From a virus (taxonomy: Duplodnaviria; Caudoviricetes), in IMG/VR virus record IMGVR_UViG_3300005326_000051, positions 1-58,240 of that record: DNA of 58,240 bases; one strand, written 5' to 3'. Each line of letters opens with the position of its first letter. Positions within the stretch are counted from its first letter, which is position 1. Below, in pieces: positions 9,690-19,170 of the stretch. The notes below the pieces were generated by a model that ran no database searches, was not told the origin of the DNA, and was given only the letters and a program-made list of their open reading frames with translations. A program made the position numbers and the translations under genes.

Positions 9690-12600
9690 ATGAGTATTCT
9701 TGATGATGTAGAAGAAGTAGGAAGTGATGCTACTAAGATTGACCCACGCGAAGTTCCTCCATTTGATATCACTGTTCCCAAAGGTACATCAGATGAAAAG
9801 CTGAAAACTATCGCTGAAGATGTACATAAAACTGGTTACCTTGATCAAGATAAGTACGGACAGAACTTGAAGTTGAAACCAGTAGTACTGAAGACTTCAA
9901 GTCTACTTGATGATATTGAGAGTGGAGAGGTGTCTTCGCCAACAGAAAAAACTACTCCAGTTACTACTGAGCCAAAAAAATCTTCTCCGTTTATAAAGTT
10001 TATGGAGGGTGCAGGTAACGCACTTGGAGATCAGACTCCTCCGGAATCTTTGTACGGTGATACAAGTTCTCTTCGTAAGGGAACTATGTCTGCTGCAACA
10101 GGACTTGCCTCGTACATACCAGCTGGCTTATCCATGTCTGTACCAACACTTGAAGAACTTTCTAGTTGGTTATTTCCAGCTGAGACTGCTGGACGTCCAC
10201 TAAAAACACAGTTAGGAGAACGTGCTGAAAGATCTAAAGGTGTTCAAGAAACCTTTACTTACACTCCAAAAGATAAAGAAGCTCAAAGAGTAGCAGAAGT
10301 ATATGGAAGACCATTTACATGGCTTGCAGATAAAGGTCACGAAAGTGAAAAGTACTGGCTAAAGAAAGCTGAAACTGCTGATATGTACGGAGATAATCTG
10401 ACAAGTAAGTACTACAATGCTGTTGCGTTTCTTTCTGGATTTGGCGGTGAAGCACTTCCATTTATAGCTCCGTACGGTTTTAAAGCTGTTAAAGGTGGCA
10501 TAAAGGACGTATGGAATGACCTACCAAGAAACAAGCGAATTCAGGTGGTAAGTGCTGTAGATAACATGCGTATAAACCTTGAAACAGATAAGCTTACTCC
10601 AAAACAAGTACGTGAACTTTGGAAGAATGGTGATGCTGCTACAAGAGATTCTCTTCGTAATAGGTACACTATGGGAAGAGAAGCAAATCCAAAGGCTGAT
10701 ACTACTACTCCAGAAAGCATGGCTCCGCCAGAACCTAAGCCCGAAACAATTCTTGCCAGTGGAGCAAGTGAACAGGCGCAACTTCCTCTTGATAGAATGG
10801 GTAGAGTTGTAGCAGAACATCCAGTAACTAAGATGGTAAAGGATAGTATTAACTTTAAGAATCCGTTGCTTCCGTCACCACCAAATCTGGGAGAAGGTTT
10901 TACTATGGTTGATGTTCCTCCAGTTGTAAAGAAGATTCCTTCATATACAGCTGGGCAGGAGCAGGATATTGATGTTGACTTTAATCCAACTGTACAGAAA
11001 AATGGTAATCCGTTTGCAACAGAAACTGCTGCACTCAGAGCTGCAGAGAAAAAAGGAATATCCGCAAAGCTTGTTGAAATAGTTAAAGTTAGTGGTGGCT
11101 TCGGGTATAAAAGGCCTGGAATTCCTTCACAAAAGACGAAGAGTATCCTCGATGAGATCGAGCAGATTGATCAGGCCGAAACTGCAATGCCAAAAGTTTC
11201 TGAGTTTGCTGAACCTCCTGCTCCTCGGATGATTGACAAGACTGCTGAAGAAATCAATGCCGAGGGCAATCACGAAGGTCTTACTGTCGCAATGCGTGAT
11301 GAGGGGGAAGTCTATACTGGAGAACCTGGAAACATTCACGCAGATGTGATTGAGGCTAATAACCTTCCTTGGAACTCTGAGCGTGGGTGGGTAGACAAGA
11401 AAGGTAACTTCATTCCTGCTGATCAAGCTGCCGCGGAAGCTCGAGTTGAATCCATCTTTGCGGAAGGCAAAAAGGCTCGTGAACTTGCCGAATCAGAAAG
11501 GTCAAAAAGTGACCCGGCAGTAGAGTACAAACGTCAAGCTGAAGAAGCTGGTGTCTCCTTTGATGGAATGCAGGAACGTCCGGGCAAGCCACCTATCCCA
11601 ACCTTTCGTGATCCTGAGACCAACGCGAATATCTACCTCAACGAAGGTGAGAATCTTCCAGAAGCTGTTGCAAGGAAACGTGCTGAGTTTAAAGCTACAG
11701 AAGAGCCAGAGAAGAAGCTTGTTCCAGCAATAAAGGTCGGGGATGAAGTCTATATAGCTGAAGTTCCGGAAGGAAGTATTCATGGAATGATCTGGAATGA
11801 TATGCCTGACTTTGCTAAAGCTAAGGCAGAGAACACACCTCCTAAAAGTGGCTGGGCATATCCAGATAAAACTGGATTCACTACGGAGAAGCCTGTCCAG
11901 GTAGAACCTACATATACGGCTGGTACACCTGTTGTCAACCCAAAAATTCCTCGAACCGAAGCCAAGAAGACCAGTATACCAGTGGAGCAGGAAGGTAAGT
12001 TAGTTGAGCAGAATGCCAATGCTGCTCCAGTAAAAACTGATATTACTATTTACTCAGGTATTCCAATCCACGAAACTCTAAACGTCCTTCGTGACCTGAA
12101 AGCAAATGCAGAGGAGGCAATACCGTACCTTGAGTCTATTGGCAAGCGAGCCTATGAGAATGGTAAGCAAACTTTCAAAGACTGGTCATCAGAAATGCAG
12201 CGAGTACTTGGAGATCTGTGGGGTAAGTTTACTGACTTTCTTAAAGACATCTATTATAGTTTTGAAGAAATTCTCAACAACGAGCGCGGAGATACTGGCG
12301 GACTTTACAAAGGTGAGAAGATAGCCAAACACAGAATTATCCGTAAGTCTGAAAAGACTAAGCTTAACAAAGCAATAAACAAGCATGAGATTATTCAGGA
12401 CAAGATTCGTGCAGAACTTTCTGAACTTACTGGAAAGAATGGTACAGGCAAATTCGAAGAACTTAAAGCAAAACGCATAGCTGAGTACGAGCAGCGTCTT
12501 GCAAGACTTAAGAGTGATGCTGCAAAGTTCAGACGTGAAGGTTGGCAGAAAGCAATTGAGACTGTAAAGAAGAAAGAGTACAACAGTCATGTCAAGCATC

Positions 12601-14684
12601 TCGAAGCAGCAGACCGTAGGCTTAGCAAAACTATTGACAGACTCAAGACAAAGGCCGAAACCACCTATGACAAGAACGATGTACTTGCACCAGTTATAAC
12701 TGTGCCAGAACGTGATGCTGTTATGAGTCTTCCTGATATGGATTGGAAACCTGCGGGTGGTATTACACAGAATCCTATTTATACACTGGAAGCATGGGGA
12801 AGGAACCTTGGTGACAAGGGAAAGAAAGTAAAGGAGCTATTCTACTATCCTGTACGTGAGGCAACAGATAGGGCAGATAGGCATTTCGCCAGTATTCATA
12901 AACAGTCTGAAGCGCTAGAAAAGTCCTTACCTTCCGGCTCTTCGAAGCGCATATACCTTCACGCGCTTGCACAGCAAGGCGAGCATGGTGCTGCAATTCT
13001 TAAGGAGATGGGTATTGATAAGATTCCTACACTTACTCCAGAAGAAATGAAAGCATACAACTGGATGCGAAGAGGTTTCGAGGTTCTCTACGACAAGATT
13101 AATACTGGCAGATGTGCAGCAGGTCTTGACGAATTTGGAAAAGTGGATAACTACTTTACCTTTGGGCGAGAACTTTCTATGTCTGAGCTTCTTGGATTCG
13201 GGATTGAAGATCCGTTTCTGAGTGACTACCTGCATCCGAAGGGCACAGACTTCAAGTCTGCTCTTCGGCGTGTTGGTGGACTGAAGAAAGCAAAGTTAGA
13301 CGCTTTCAACATCTTCAATATGTATGTTCAGTCTGCAGTGAAGCACATGTATCTCTCCCCAGAGATTGCTAAGATGCGAGAACTGACTGGAAAGTTTGAG
13401 CTAGACAAAGTCGACAGCATTGGCAGGAAGTACAAAGAATCTTGGAAGATGCAGGAGAAGCTTCCTCGTTCCTACAAAATGCTTACAGACTACATTGACT
13501 TTGTTGCTGGTAAGAAGAAACGCTTATTCCCAAGAAATGTTGAAAGAGTCGTTGATACACTTGGAACAAATATTACCTTTGCTACACTGTCAGGTAACAT
13601 GCGAAGTGCAAGTATTCAGCCAACTGCTTTACTGAATACTTACGTAGAGATCGGACCGAAGTATACTGTTAAGGGCGTTGCAGATTTGTTTACTGACGAG
13701 CGGTACAAAGCAATGCAGAAATCTTTAGTCCTGTTCAACAGAGAGTTCGACGTAAATGTCAAGCCCACAATGGAAGGTGCGCTTGGTAAAGTTGGAAAAG
13801 CGCGTGAAGCATTTAACAAAAGCTGGTTAGGAATGAAAACACTCAAGGCCCTCGACATGGAAACAGCTACTGCTACATGGCTTGGAGCGTATGAGAAGGG
13901 TAAAACAGTTGATGGACTTTCTGAGAAGGACGCAATTTACTATGCTGACGATGTGGTTATTAAGACGCAGGGTTCTGCTGCAAAGCAGGACATTGCTCCA
14001 ATTCAGCGCAGTACTGTTGGTAAGTTCTTTACTACCTTCCAGACCTTTGTTATCAACAACTGGAATTGGTTGTGTAAAGAAGTTGCCGGACTGAAGAATG
14101 CAGATATAAAAAATCCTGCTGCAGTAAAGAAAGTTCTTCGGTATGTTATAGGAGCGGCACTGATTAATACCTTCTTCGAAGATATACTTGGTTGGAATTC
14201 TCCACTTCCTTCACCAATAGGTTCTGCGTATAAGGCCTATAATAAGCAGATGGTAAAGAATCTGCATGCTCGTAAGGAGGAGAACAAGAAGAGTCCACTA
14301 AGAGTTGCAGCATTTACAGCAGGTCTTGAATTCCTACAATTGATTCCTGGCCTCGGCAATGCAAGATACGGCTCGAGTTTCCTTGGTGCGCCAACTGAGT
14401 TTATCGGTGACGTTAGTTCTAAACTTGCCGCAGAGAGTGGAATGTACAACGGGTTTACTCCATCATGGCTAGAGATTGGTGGAAAAACTATGGGACTTCC
14501 TGGAACTGTGCAGGCTCGTAAAGCAATTAACTTCTTTGCCCCGAGTGATTCAAAAGTGAAGAGGCAAGAACGAGAAAAGAAGCAAGAGGAGGAGTACGAT
14601 AAAGGATTTAAGTCATTTGACAGTGGCAATTCCTTTAGAACATTCAGCAGTGATAAAACATTTAAAACCTTTAAAGGTCAATAA
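9690..14684 (+). CDS. large internal virion / ejection protein (1664 aa)
   Basis: Size and position. C-terminal helical region ADDVVIKTQG...KFFTTFQTF resembles large podovirus ejection proteins. Confidence 0.65.
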   Translation: MSILDDVEEVGSDATKIDPREVPPFDITVPKGTSDEKLKTIAEDVHKTGYLDQDKYGQNLKLKPVVLKTSSLLDDIESGEVSSPTEKTTPVTTEPKKSSPFIKFMEGAGNALGDQTPPESLYGDTSSLRKGTMSAATGLASYIPAGLSMSVPTLEELSSWLFPAETAGRPLKTQLGERAERSKGVQETFTYTPKDKEAQRVAEVYGRPFTWLADKGHESEKYWLKKAETADMYGDNLTSKYYNAVAFLSGFGGEALPFIAPYGFKAVKGGIKDVWNDLPRNKRIQVVSAVDNMRINLETDKLTPKQVRELWKNGDAATRDSLRNRYTMGREANPKADTTTPESMAPPEPKPETILASGASEQAQLPLDRMGRVVAEHPVTKMVKDSINFKNPLLPSPPNLGEGFTMVDVPPVVKKIPSYTAGQEQDIDVDFNPTVQKNGNPFATETAALRAAEKKGISAKLVEIVKVSGGFGYKRPGIPSQKTKSILDEIEQIDQAETAMPKVSEFAEPPAPRMIDKTAEEINAEGNHEGLTVAMRDEGEVYTGEPGNIHADVIEANNLPWNSERGWVDKKGNFIPADQAAAEARVESIFAEGKKARELAESERSKSDPAVEYKRQAEEAGVSFDGMQERPGKPPIPTFRDPETNANIYLNEGENLPEAVARKRAEFKATEEPEKKLVPAIKVGDEVYIAEVPEGSIHGMIWNDMPDFAKAKAENTPPKSGWAYPDKTGFTTEKPVQVEPTYTAGTPVVNPKIPRTEAKKTSIPVEQEGKLVEQNANAAPVKTDITIYSGIPIHETLNVLRDLKANAEEAIPYLESIGKRAYENGKQTFKDWSSEMQRVLGDLWGKFTDFLKDIYYSFEEILNNERGDTGGLYKGEKIAKHRIIRKSEKTKLNKAINKHEIIQDKIRAELSELTGKNGTGKFEELKAKRIAEYEQRLARLKSDAAKFRREGWQKAIETVKKKEYNSHVKHLEAADRRLSKTIDRLKTKAETTYDKNDVLAPVITVPERDAVMSLPDMDWKPAGGITQNPIYTLEAWGRNLGDKGKKVKELFYYPVREATDRADRHFASIHKQSEALEKSLPSGSSKRIYLHALAQQGEHGAAILKEMGIDKIPTLTPEEMKAYNWMRRGFEVLYDKINTGRCAAGLDEFGKVDNYFTFGRELSMSELLGFGIEDPFLSDYLHPKGTDFKSALRRVGGLKKAKLDAFNIFNMYVQSAVKHMYLSPEIAKMRELTGKFELDKVDSIGRKYKESWKMQEKLPRSYKMLTDYIDFVAGKKKRLFPRNVERVVDTLGTNITFATLSGNMRSASIQPTALLNTYVEIGPKYTVKGVADLFTDERYKAMQKSLVLFNREFDVNVKPTMEGALGKVGKAREAFNKSWLGMKTLKALDMETATATWLGAYEKGKTVDGLSEKDAIYYADDVVIKTQGSAAKQDIAPIQRSTVGKFFTTFQTFVINNWNWLCKEVAGLKNADIKNPAAVKKVLRYVIGAALINTFFEDILGWNSPLPSPIGSAYKAYNKQMVKNLHARKEENKKSPLRVAAFTAGLEFLQLIPGLGNARYGSSFLGAPTEFIGDVSSKLAAESGMYNGFTPSWLEIGGKTMGLPGTVQARKAINFFAPSDSKVKRQEREKKQEEEYDKGFKSFDSGNSFRTFSSDKTFKTFKGQ
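11495..11514. repeat. dispersed palindromic site 1/11 (AGAAAGGTCA-AAAAG-TGACC)
   Basis: Read directly. Intragenic. Confidence 0.85.
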
Positions 14685-14695
14685 ATGACCTTTCT
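14673..14695. repeat. dispersed palindromic site 2/11 (AAAGGTCA-ATAAA-TGACCTTTCT)
   Basis: Read directly. Overlaps the stop codon of the ejection gene. Confidence 0.9.
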
Positions 14696-14722
14696 GGGAA
14701 TACAAATACTAAGGGGAATTTC

Positions 14723-15151
14723 ATGTCGGTAAAGATCAGATTACGATTGATGAAGGTTATGATTGTAGGTGCGCTACTTCTAGTTATTGGATTAACTGTA
14801 TATCCAATTGCGGTAAACATTGTATTTAACTCTCCAATAGAAAGTATTACTTTAGATAAAGCTGTAGCTTTAGCAGCAAATATGTCACCACAAAGCAGTT
14901 CTGTGACTCTGCAAGCTGAGCATCATCACTCAGTCTTTGAGGAAGTGGATTTAATCAAAGCAATACTTGCTATGCTGTTTGCTATTATTGGCTGGTTTTT
15001 TGTACACACTGCCTGCAAAATTGACAAGAGCCAGAATCTTTTATTCGACAAGCTCAGTACCTTACGAAGCGATTTTGACCACTTAAAAGGTGAGCATGAT
15101 GTACTCAGTTCTGATTGTCAGCATAGAAGAAAGGAAGATTATTCATGCTAG
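14723..15151 (+). CDS. membrane protein, holin candidate
   Basis: Two hydrophobic segments. Directly upstream of the putative lysin. Confidence 0.45.
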   Translation: MSVKIRLRLMKVMIVGALLLVIGLTVYPIAVNIVFNSPIESITLDKAVALAANMSPQSSSVTLQAEHHHSVFEEVDLIKAILAMLFAIIGWFFVHTACKIDKSQNLLFDKLSTLRSDFDHLKGEHDVLSSDCQHRRKEDYSC

Positions 15152-15558
15152 TTCTTGAAGTATACCGAACATGGAAAACAGATAAATCTACTATCGGAGA
15201 ACTTTACGTAAACTTCAAGCGTTTTTGTTTTACACTTGAAGACGTTGTACGAACGCAGAAGATCTTTGGTGTAACTGCCGTACCGGCTGGAACGTATAAG
15301 GTAAAGATTACGGACTCCAAGAGATTTAAGAAACCAATGCCAGAGATCATGAACGTTCCTGGGTACGCGGGGATTAGGATTCATGTCTTGAATACAGCAG
15401 AAGAAACAGAAGGTTGTATAGGAGTTGGTTTGACTCGCGGTAAAGACTTTATTGGTAAGAGTAAACCAGCATTTGATATGCTGTTTACTATACTTAAACT
15501 CAGCGACGAAACGGAGATCAGAATTTATGACCGAGCTAAAAGTGAAGAAAGTGCCTGA
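15145..15558 (+). CDS. DUF5675-family protein, putative endolysin
   Basis: STIGELY...FCFTLED...AVPAGTYKV...S.RF...VPGYAGIRIH..NT...TEGCI.VG signature. Confidence 0.75.
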   Translation: MLVLEVYRTWKTDKSTIGELYVNFKRFCFTLEDVVRTQKIFGVTAVPAGTYKVKITDSKRFKKPMPEIMNVPGYAGIRIHVLNTAEETEGCIGVGLTRGKDFIGKSKPAFDMLFTILKLSDETEIRIYDRAKSEESA

Positions 15559-15967
15559 TAGTATTAAAATCGAACGAATACTTGGAGACCCAAAGGTTGT
15601 ACGTACGATTGAGAATTTCTGGTTCTACTCAGAAGTTCTTGGGCAGTGGTGTTGTATACGAAGTGGATTTGTCTATGATGAAGAGTCCTCACCATGCGGC
15701 AGAAATAATCCCGAGGCTGGAGCTATCCATGATTACTTCTGCAGAAAGAATAGTTTTCCAGTAGTAACAAAGGAAGTTGCCATGTTGATTTACTACGAAT
15801 TTCAAGCTTACTTCGACGAGATGGAAGGCGGTAACTTCTTTAACAGATGTTTCGATAACCTGTGGCGAAAGGTTAAGTGCTTTGTTGTTGAGGTTGTACC
15901 TGATGATGTGTACTGGCATAAGTATACTGTTGAAGCAACGTACGAAGAAATGTATGGAGGAGATTAA
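15527..15967 (+). CDS. DUF1353-like protein
   Basis: GFVYDEES...AGAIHDYF motif. Probable start is the ATG at 15527 after GGAG. Confidence 0.6.
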   Translation: MTELKVKKVPDSIKIERILGDPKVVRTIENFWFYSEVLGQWCCIRSGFVYDEESSPCGRNNPEAGAIHDYFCRKNSFPVVTKEVAMLIYYEFQAYFDEMEGGNFFNRCFDNLWRKVKCFVVEVVPDDVYWHKYTVEATYEEMYGGD

Positions 15968-15972
15968 ACTAC

Positions 15973-16140
15973 ATGGACTTTTTATCAAACGACTGGATTA
16001 ATGCAATGTTAAGTAAATACTCAGTGCTAATTGGTGCTATACCTTACATTGCATACAAAATACTTAAGATCATCGCAATCCTTAACCCCAACGTACCCAC
16101 AGATCAAATCAAAGACTTGTTTACTTGGAATGCTAAATAA
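15973..16140 (+). CDS. small membrane protein (55 aa, not in ORF track)
   Basis: MDFLSNDWINAMLSKYSVLIGAIPYIAYKILKIIAILNPNVPTDQIKDLFTWNAK. GGAGGAG upstream. Last gene of the + arm. Confidence 0.6.
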   Translation: MDFLSNDWINAMLSKYSVLIGAIPYIAYKILKIIAILNPNVPTDQIKDLFTWNAK

Positions 16141-16187
16141 CTCATGGGGTGATGGGTTTCAGAGCCCCGCATGATACCAGTAAAGAT

Positions 16188-16218
16188 AGAGCCAAGGTTT
16201 TTTGCCTTGGCTCTTTTT
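16188..16218 (+). terminator. intrinsic terminator at the convergence of the two genome arms
   Basis: AGAGCCAAGG-7 nt-CCTTGGCTCT followed by a T run. Confidence 0.85.
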
Positions 16219-16222
16219 GTTC

Positions 16223-16648
16223 TTAAGAAAATATATTGAGTGCCGCATTTGCTCTACTTACGACATAAGCAATTTTCTGGTCTCCTTCTCTTACATTTTT
16301 AGGTAGACTAGGATTATTAAACATTGCTGTAAAACTTGTATGCCTAGTAACCGTTATAGACCTATACTTTACTGGAAAGATTCTTTTTAGCCAGGTAGGA
16401 AAATGTTTTTCCTTAAACATATCTACCCATGTTAGTGGAACATCTTGCTTAGTTTCTGTGTTTTTGTTGGCAGTATACGAGTCAAGAAAAACTCTTAGTC
16501 TGTATACAATAGAATCACTTTCGACTTTGTAAGCTGCGTTGAAGTCATAAGTATCTATTTCTCCAGCAAAATTTGCGACCATAGTAGTTATTACTACTCT
16601 GTTTAAGTTCTGAACCATAGTGTTTATTGAAGTATCTGCAGTTCTCAC
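16223..16648 (-). CDS. hypothetical protein
   Basis: 141 aa ORF with AAGGA RBS. Last gene of the - arm. Confidence 0.55.
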   Translation of the reverse strand: MRTADTSINTMVQNLNRVVITTMVANFAGEIDTYDFNAAYKVESDSIVYRLRVFLDSYTANKNTETKQDVPLTWVDMFKEKHFPTWLKRIFPVKYRSITVTRHTSFTAMFNNPSLPKNVREGDQKIAYVVSRANAALNIFS

Positions 16649-16811
16649 AGTGTTTGTCCTTTCGTTGTTTTTGGTTTACGGTTTAACCGTTTGAAGTACG
16701 TTAAAATTTGCCGTAAATTTCATTCGACGTTTGCCGTGGCGACGTTTTAATTTGTGTTCGTACCAAAATGAACCCATAAAAATAAAAGTCCACCATGCCA
16801 AACGTCGCACG

Positions 16812-18029
16812 TTATACGGTATACGATGTATCAGTGACTCTATACCACACTCCCTTTTCACCTTTTGGCCCCTTAAATTCCCGAGCAACTTTACCAGTCT
16901 TAAGCAAGGTATCTATAACGTTGTCAAACTTTGCTCCGTCTATATCTCTCCAGATCTCAGACATGAGTTGTTTCTCAGATACCCATCGCTTAGCTTTGAT
17001 TATGCTCAGAACAATATCAACCTCAGCAGAAATTTCAGATCTCCCAATAGCTTTAAACGCGTTGCCCATCAGATACTCAACGTCTTTGATCTCTGACATA
17101 GCCTTCTCTACTTGGTACCAGTGCAGTAGAAGCTGGTTTGTCTCTGCTGCTGCGCACAACATAGCAACTTTCAGTATGTACGTTGGTTTTCTTGAGTACC
17201 AACCACTAAAAGATTTGTCTGTGCAAACGCGTATACCAGACTCGTCTTCGTCATAAGTATCGTACCAATCTGTCCAGCGTTTTAAACAGTCCGCTGTCAT
17301 AGCATAGTTTCCACCCATGCGACTAATCTGAAACAAATCCCTTTCAAGTTTATCCTTAAGTTTAACTTCATCTTCCGTCATTGCTGGTACAGCAACGGAC
17401 TTCTTTTTCTTATCTGCCCAGATGAAAAGTATTCGGCTTGTCAAACCACCGCCAACTGCTGTAGCTGGAAGTGAACTTGCAAGACTGTCTGGTGTTGTTG
17501 CAGCAAGCAAATTTACCCACGGCCTAACAATAGCATTAGAAGTCCCGTGTCTTGTCCTGCTCTTCCACTCATCTGGGCAGTCGAATAAATCTGTAAGCGC
17601 AGTCAGCATCCTTGTATTCTCTTTCTTCTGTCCAAGGAATGATTCGAACTCCTTTGAAATAATGTTCAAGGAACTATGCATCAGTGTCTCTCCACTATCC
17701 ATCAGCGCTTCGCCCTTTGCAAGTTCAATATCATCTGTCATAGCCTCCTTTGTTGCCGAGTCTGCACTCATTCGTATATCTGGGATTGTATTTAAAAAGT
17801 TAACTCCGTACTTTATTGCTTGCGTTTTCCTGGCTACACCGGGTTCTGCAACGAAGACTACATATATGTTCGGGTAGTATGTAAGTCGTCCAAGTTGCAG
17901 ACATACCTTTCTTCTCAGTGCCGCAGCTATTACTGCATACCCAGTCCATTTATCAAACGCTCTAGCTGGCTCTGTCTCCTCCATCAAGAGTTGATAACCC
18001 TCTAACCAGTTCTTCAATAACCTGCTCAT
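16812..18029 (-). CDS. DUF3987/YfjI-like P-loop NTPase (replicative helicase candidate)
   Basis: YPNIYVVFVAEPGVARKT (Walker A-like), SKEFESFL, GGGLTSRILF, C-terminal winged-helix-like region. Confidence 0.75.
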   Translation of the reverse strand: MSRLLKNWLEGYQLLMEETEPARAFDKWTGYAVIAAALRRKVCLQLGRLTYYPNIYVVFVAEPGVARKTQAIKYGVNFLNTIPDIRMSADSATKEAMTDDIELAKGEALMDSGETLMHSSLNIISKEFESFLGQKKENTRMLTALTDLFDCPDEWKSRTRHGTSNAIVRPWVNLLAATTPDSLASSLPATAVGGGLTSRILFIWADKKKKSVAVPAMTEDEVKLKDKLERDLFQISRMGGNYAMTADCLKRWTDWYDTYDEDESGIRVCTDKSFSGWYSRKPTYILKVAMLCAAAETNQLLLHWYQVEKAMSEIKDVEYLMGNAFKAIGRSEISAEVDIVLSIIKAKRWVSEKQLMSEIWRDIDGAKFDNVIDTLLKTGKVAREFKGPKGEKGVWYRVTDTSYTV

Positions 18030-18699
18030 TACTACTTCCTTTCAGTACCTTCTGTCCATTAAGAGATTGAAGTTTTTTAATCAGAGTTAAAAGTTCGTCT
18101 ATAGTATTGTCAAGGTAGTAGTTTACTGTACCATAAAGTCCTTTGAGAGAATCAAGATTTACTTGAATAGATATAACAATTACGAGGTAGACTCGGATAA
18201 GTACCTTTACTTTACCTGTATTATGAAATACCTTTATTTTATTTGGAGTATCTTGCACGACAGTAAGTGTAACATCCTGTCCACTTGTAAGCTGCGTATA
18301 AATAGACTTGATAAGTCTATCTCTCTCGTGTAAGTTTGGTACAGAAACTACAACGTAGTTAGTCTTGTCTTTGTTGTCTGTCATTGTCAATCCTTTGGAG
18401 TAGTAGTTGTTCCATTAAGTCTTGTGTGCTAAGATGTAATCTTTCTGCCAGTATAAACTTTTTGTGCTCAGATTCAGATAAATAACTTGTGCAGGATAGT
18501 GGAATAATTGCTCCATCTACTACTTTAACAAGCCAAAGATTTCCTCCGAGTCCTTTGGTTTCAGTAGCACCAATTTCGTAGTAGTTGTCTATGATTGGCC
18601 TTACCCAGTTAATGTTATAGGTAGATAATTCTCCTTTAAAGTTAGGAAGGTCTACTGTTTGACGAGGGCTCATGCCGTACATAGAAATTATTCCTACGC

Positions 18700-19170
18700 T
18701 CATATATACATCTCCAGCAAAGTTGCTAGTTCCTCTACGTTTCTTACGCGCTGATGAGAAAGCTGAATACATCTGTTGTAAGGTCTATCTATGACGATTA
18801 CCTTAGAGTAATCTGCAAACAGTGGATAATCATCGACAAGTACATCGTCTTCACTAAGTAGTTGAAGTTTATGTGCATCATAGATAACGTGTCCAGTAGG
18901 TAAGTGTTGCTGCAACCATATTTTAGTATGCTTAATCCATGACTCTGGCTGAGAAGTTATAACGTGTACAGGATTAAATCTGCTTACTATGTAGTTGAAG
19001 TACTCTGTTACTGGTGCAACTTCAAGAAGTTTTGGATGCTTAGAGTAGTACTTTACTACACTTAAACCACTTATTTTCTCTGTCCAAGCTAGTGGACAGT
19101 ACCCAAGATGACCGTGCAAGTCTCTTAATACCTGATCAAGATCAAAATAAATCATACAACATTCCTCCAA
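18700..19170 (-). CDS. HAD-family 5'(3')-deoxyribonucleotidase-like protein
   Basis: YFDLDQVL (HAD motif I), VITSQP, LVDDYP, IDRPYNR. Confidence 0.75.
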   Translation of the reverse strand: MEECCMIYFDLDQVLRDLHGHLGYCPLAWTEKISGLSVVKYYSKHPKLLEVAPVTEYFNYIVSRFNPVHVITSQPESWIKHTKIWLQQHLPTGHVIYDAHKLQLLSEDDVLVDDYPLFADYSKVIVIDRPYNRCIQLSHQRVRNVEELATLLEMYI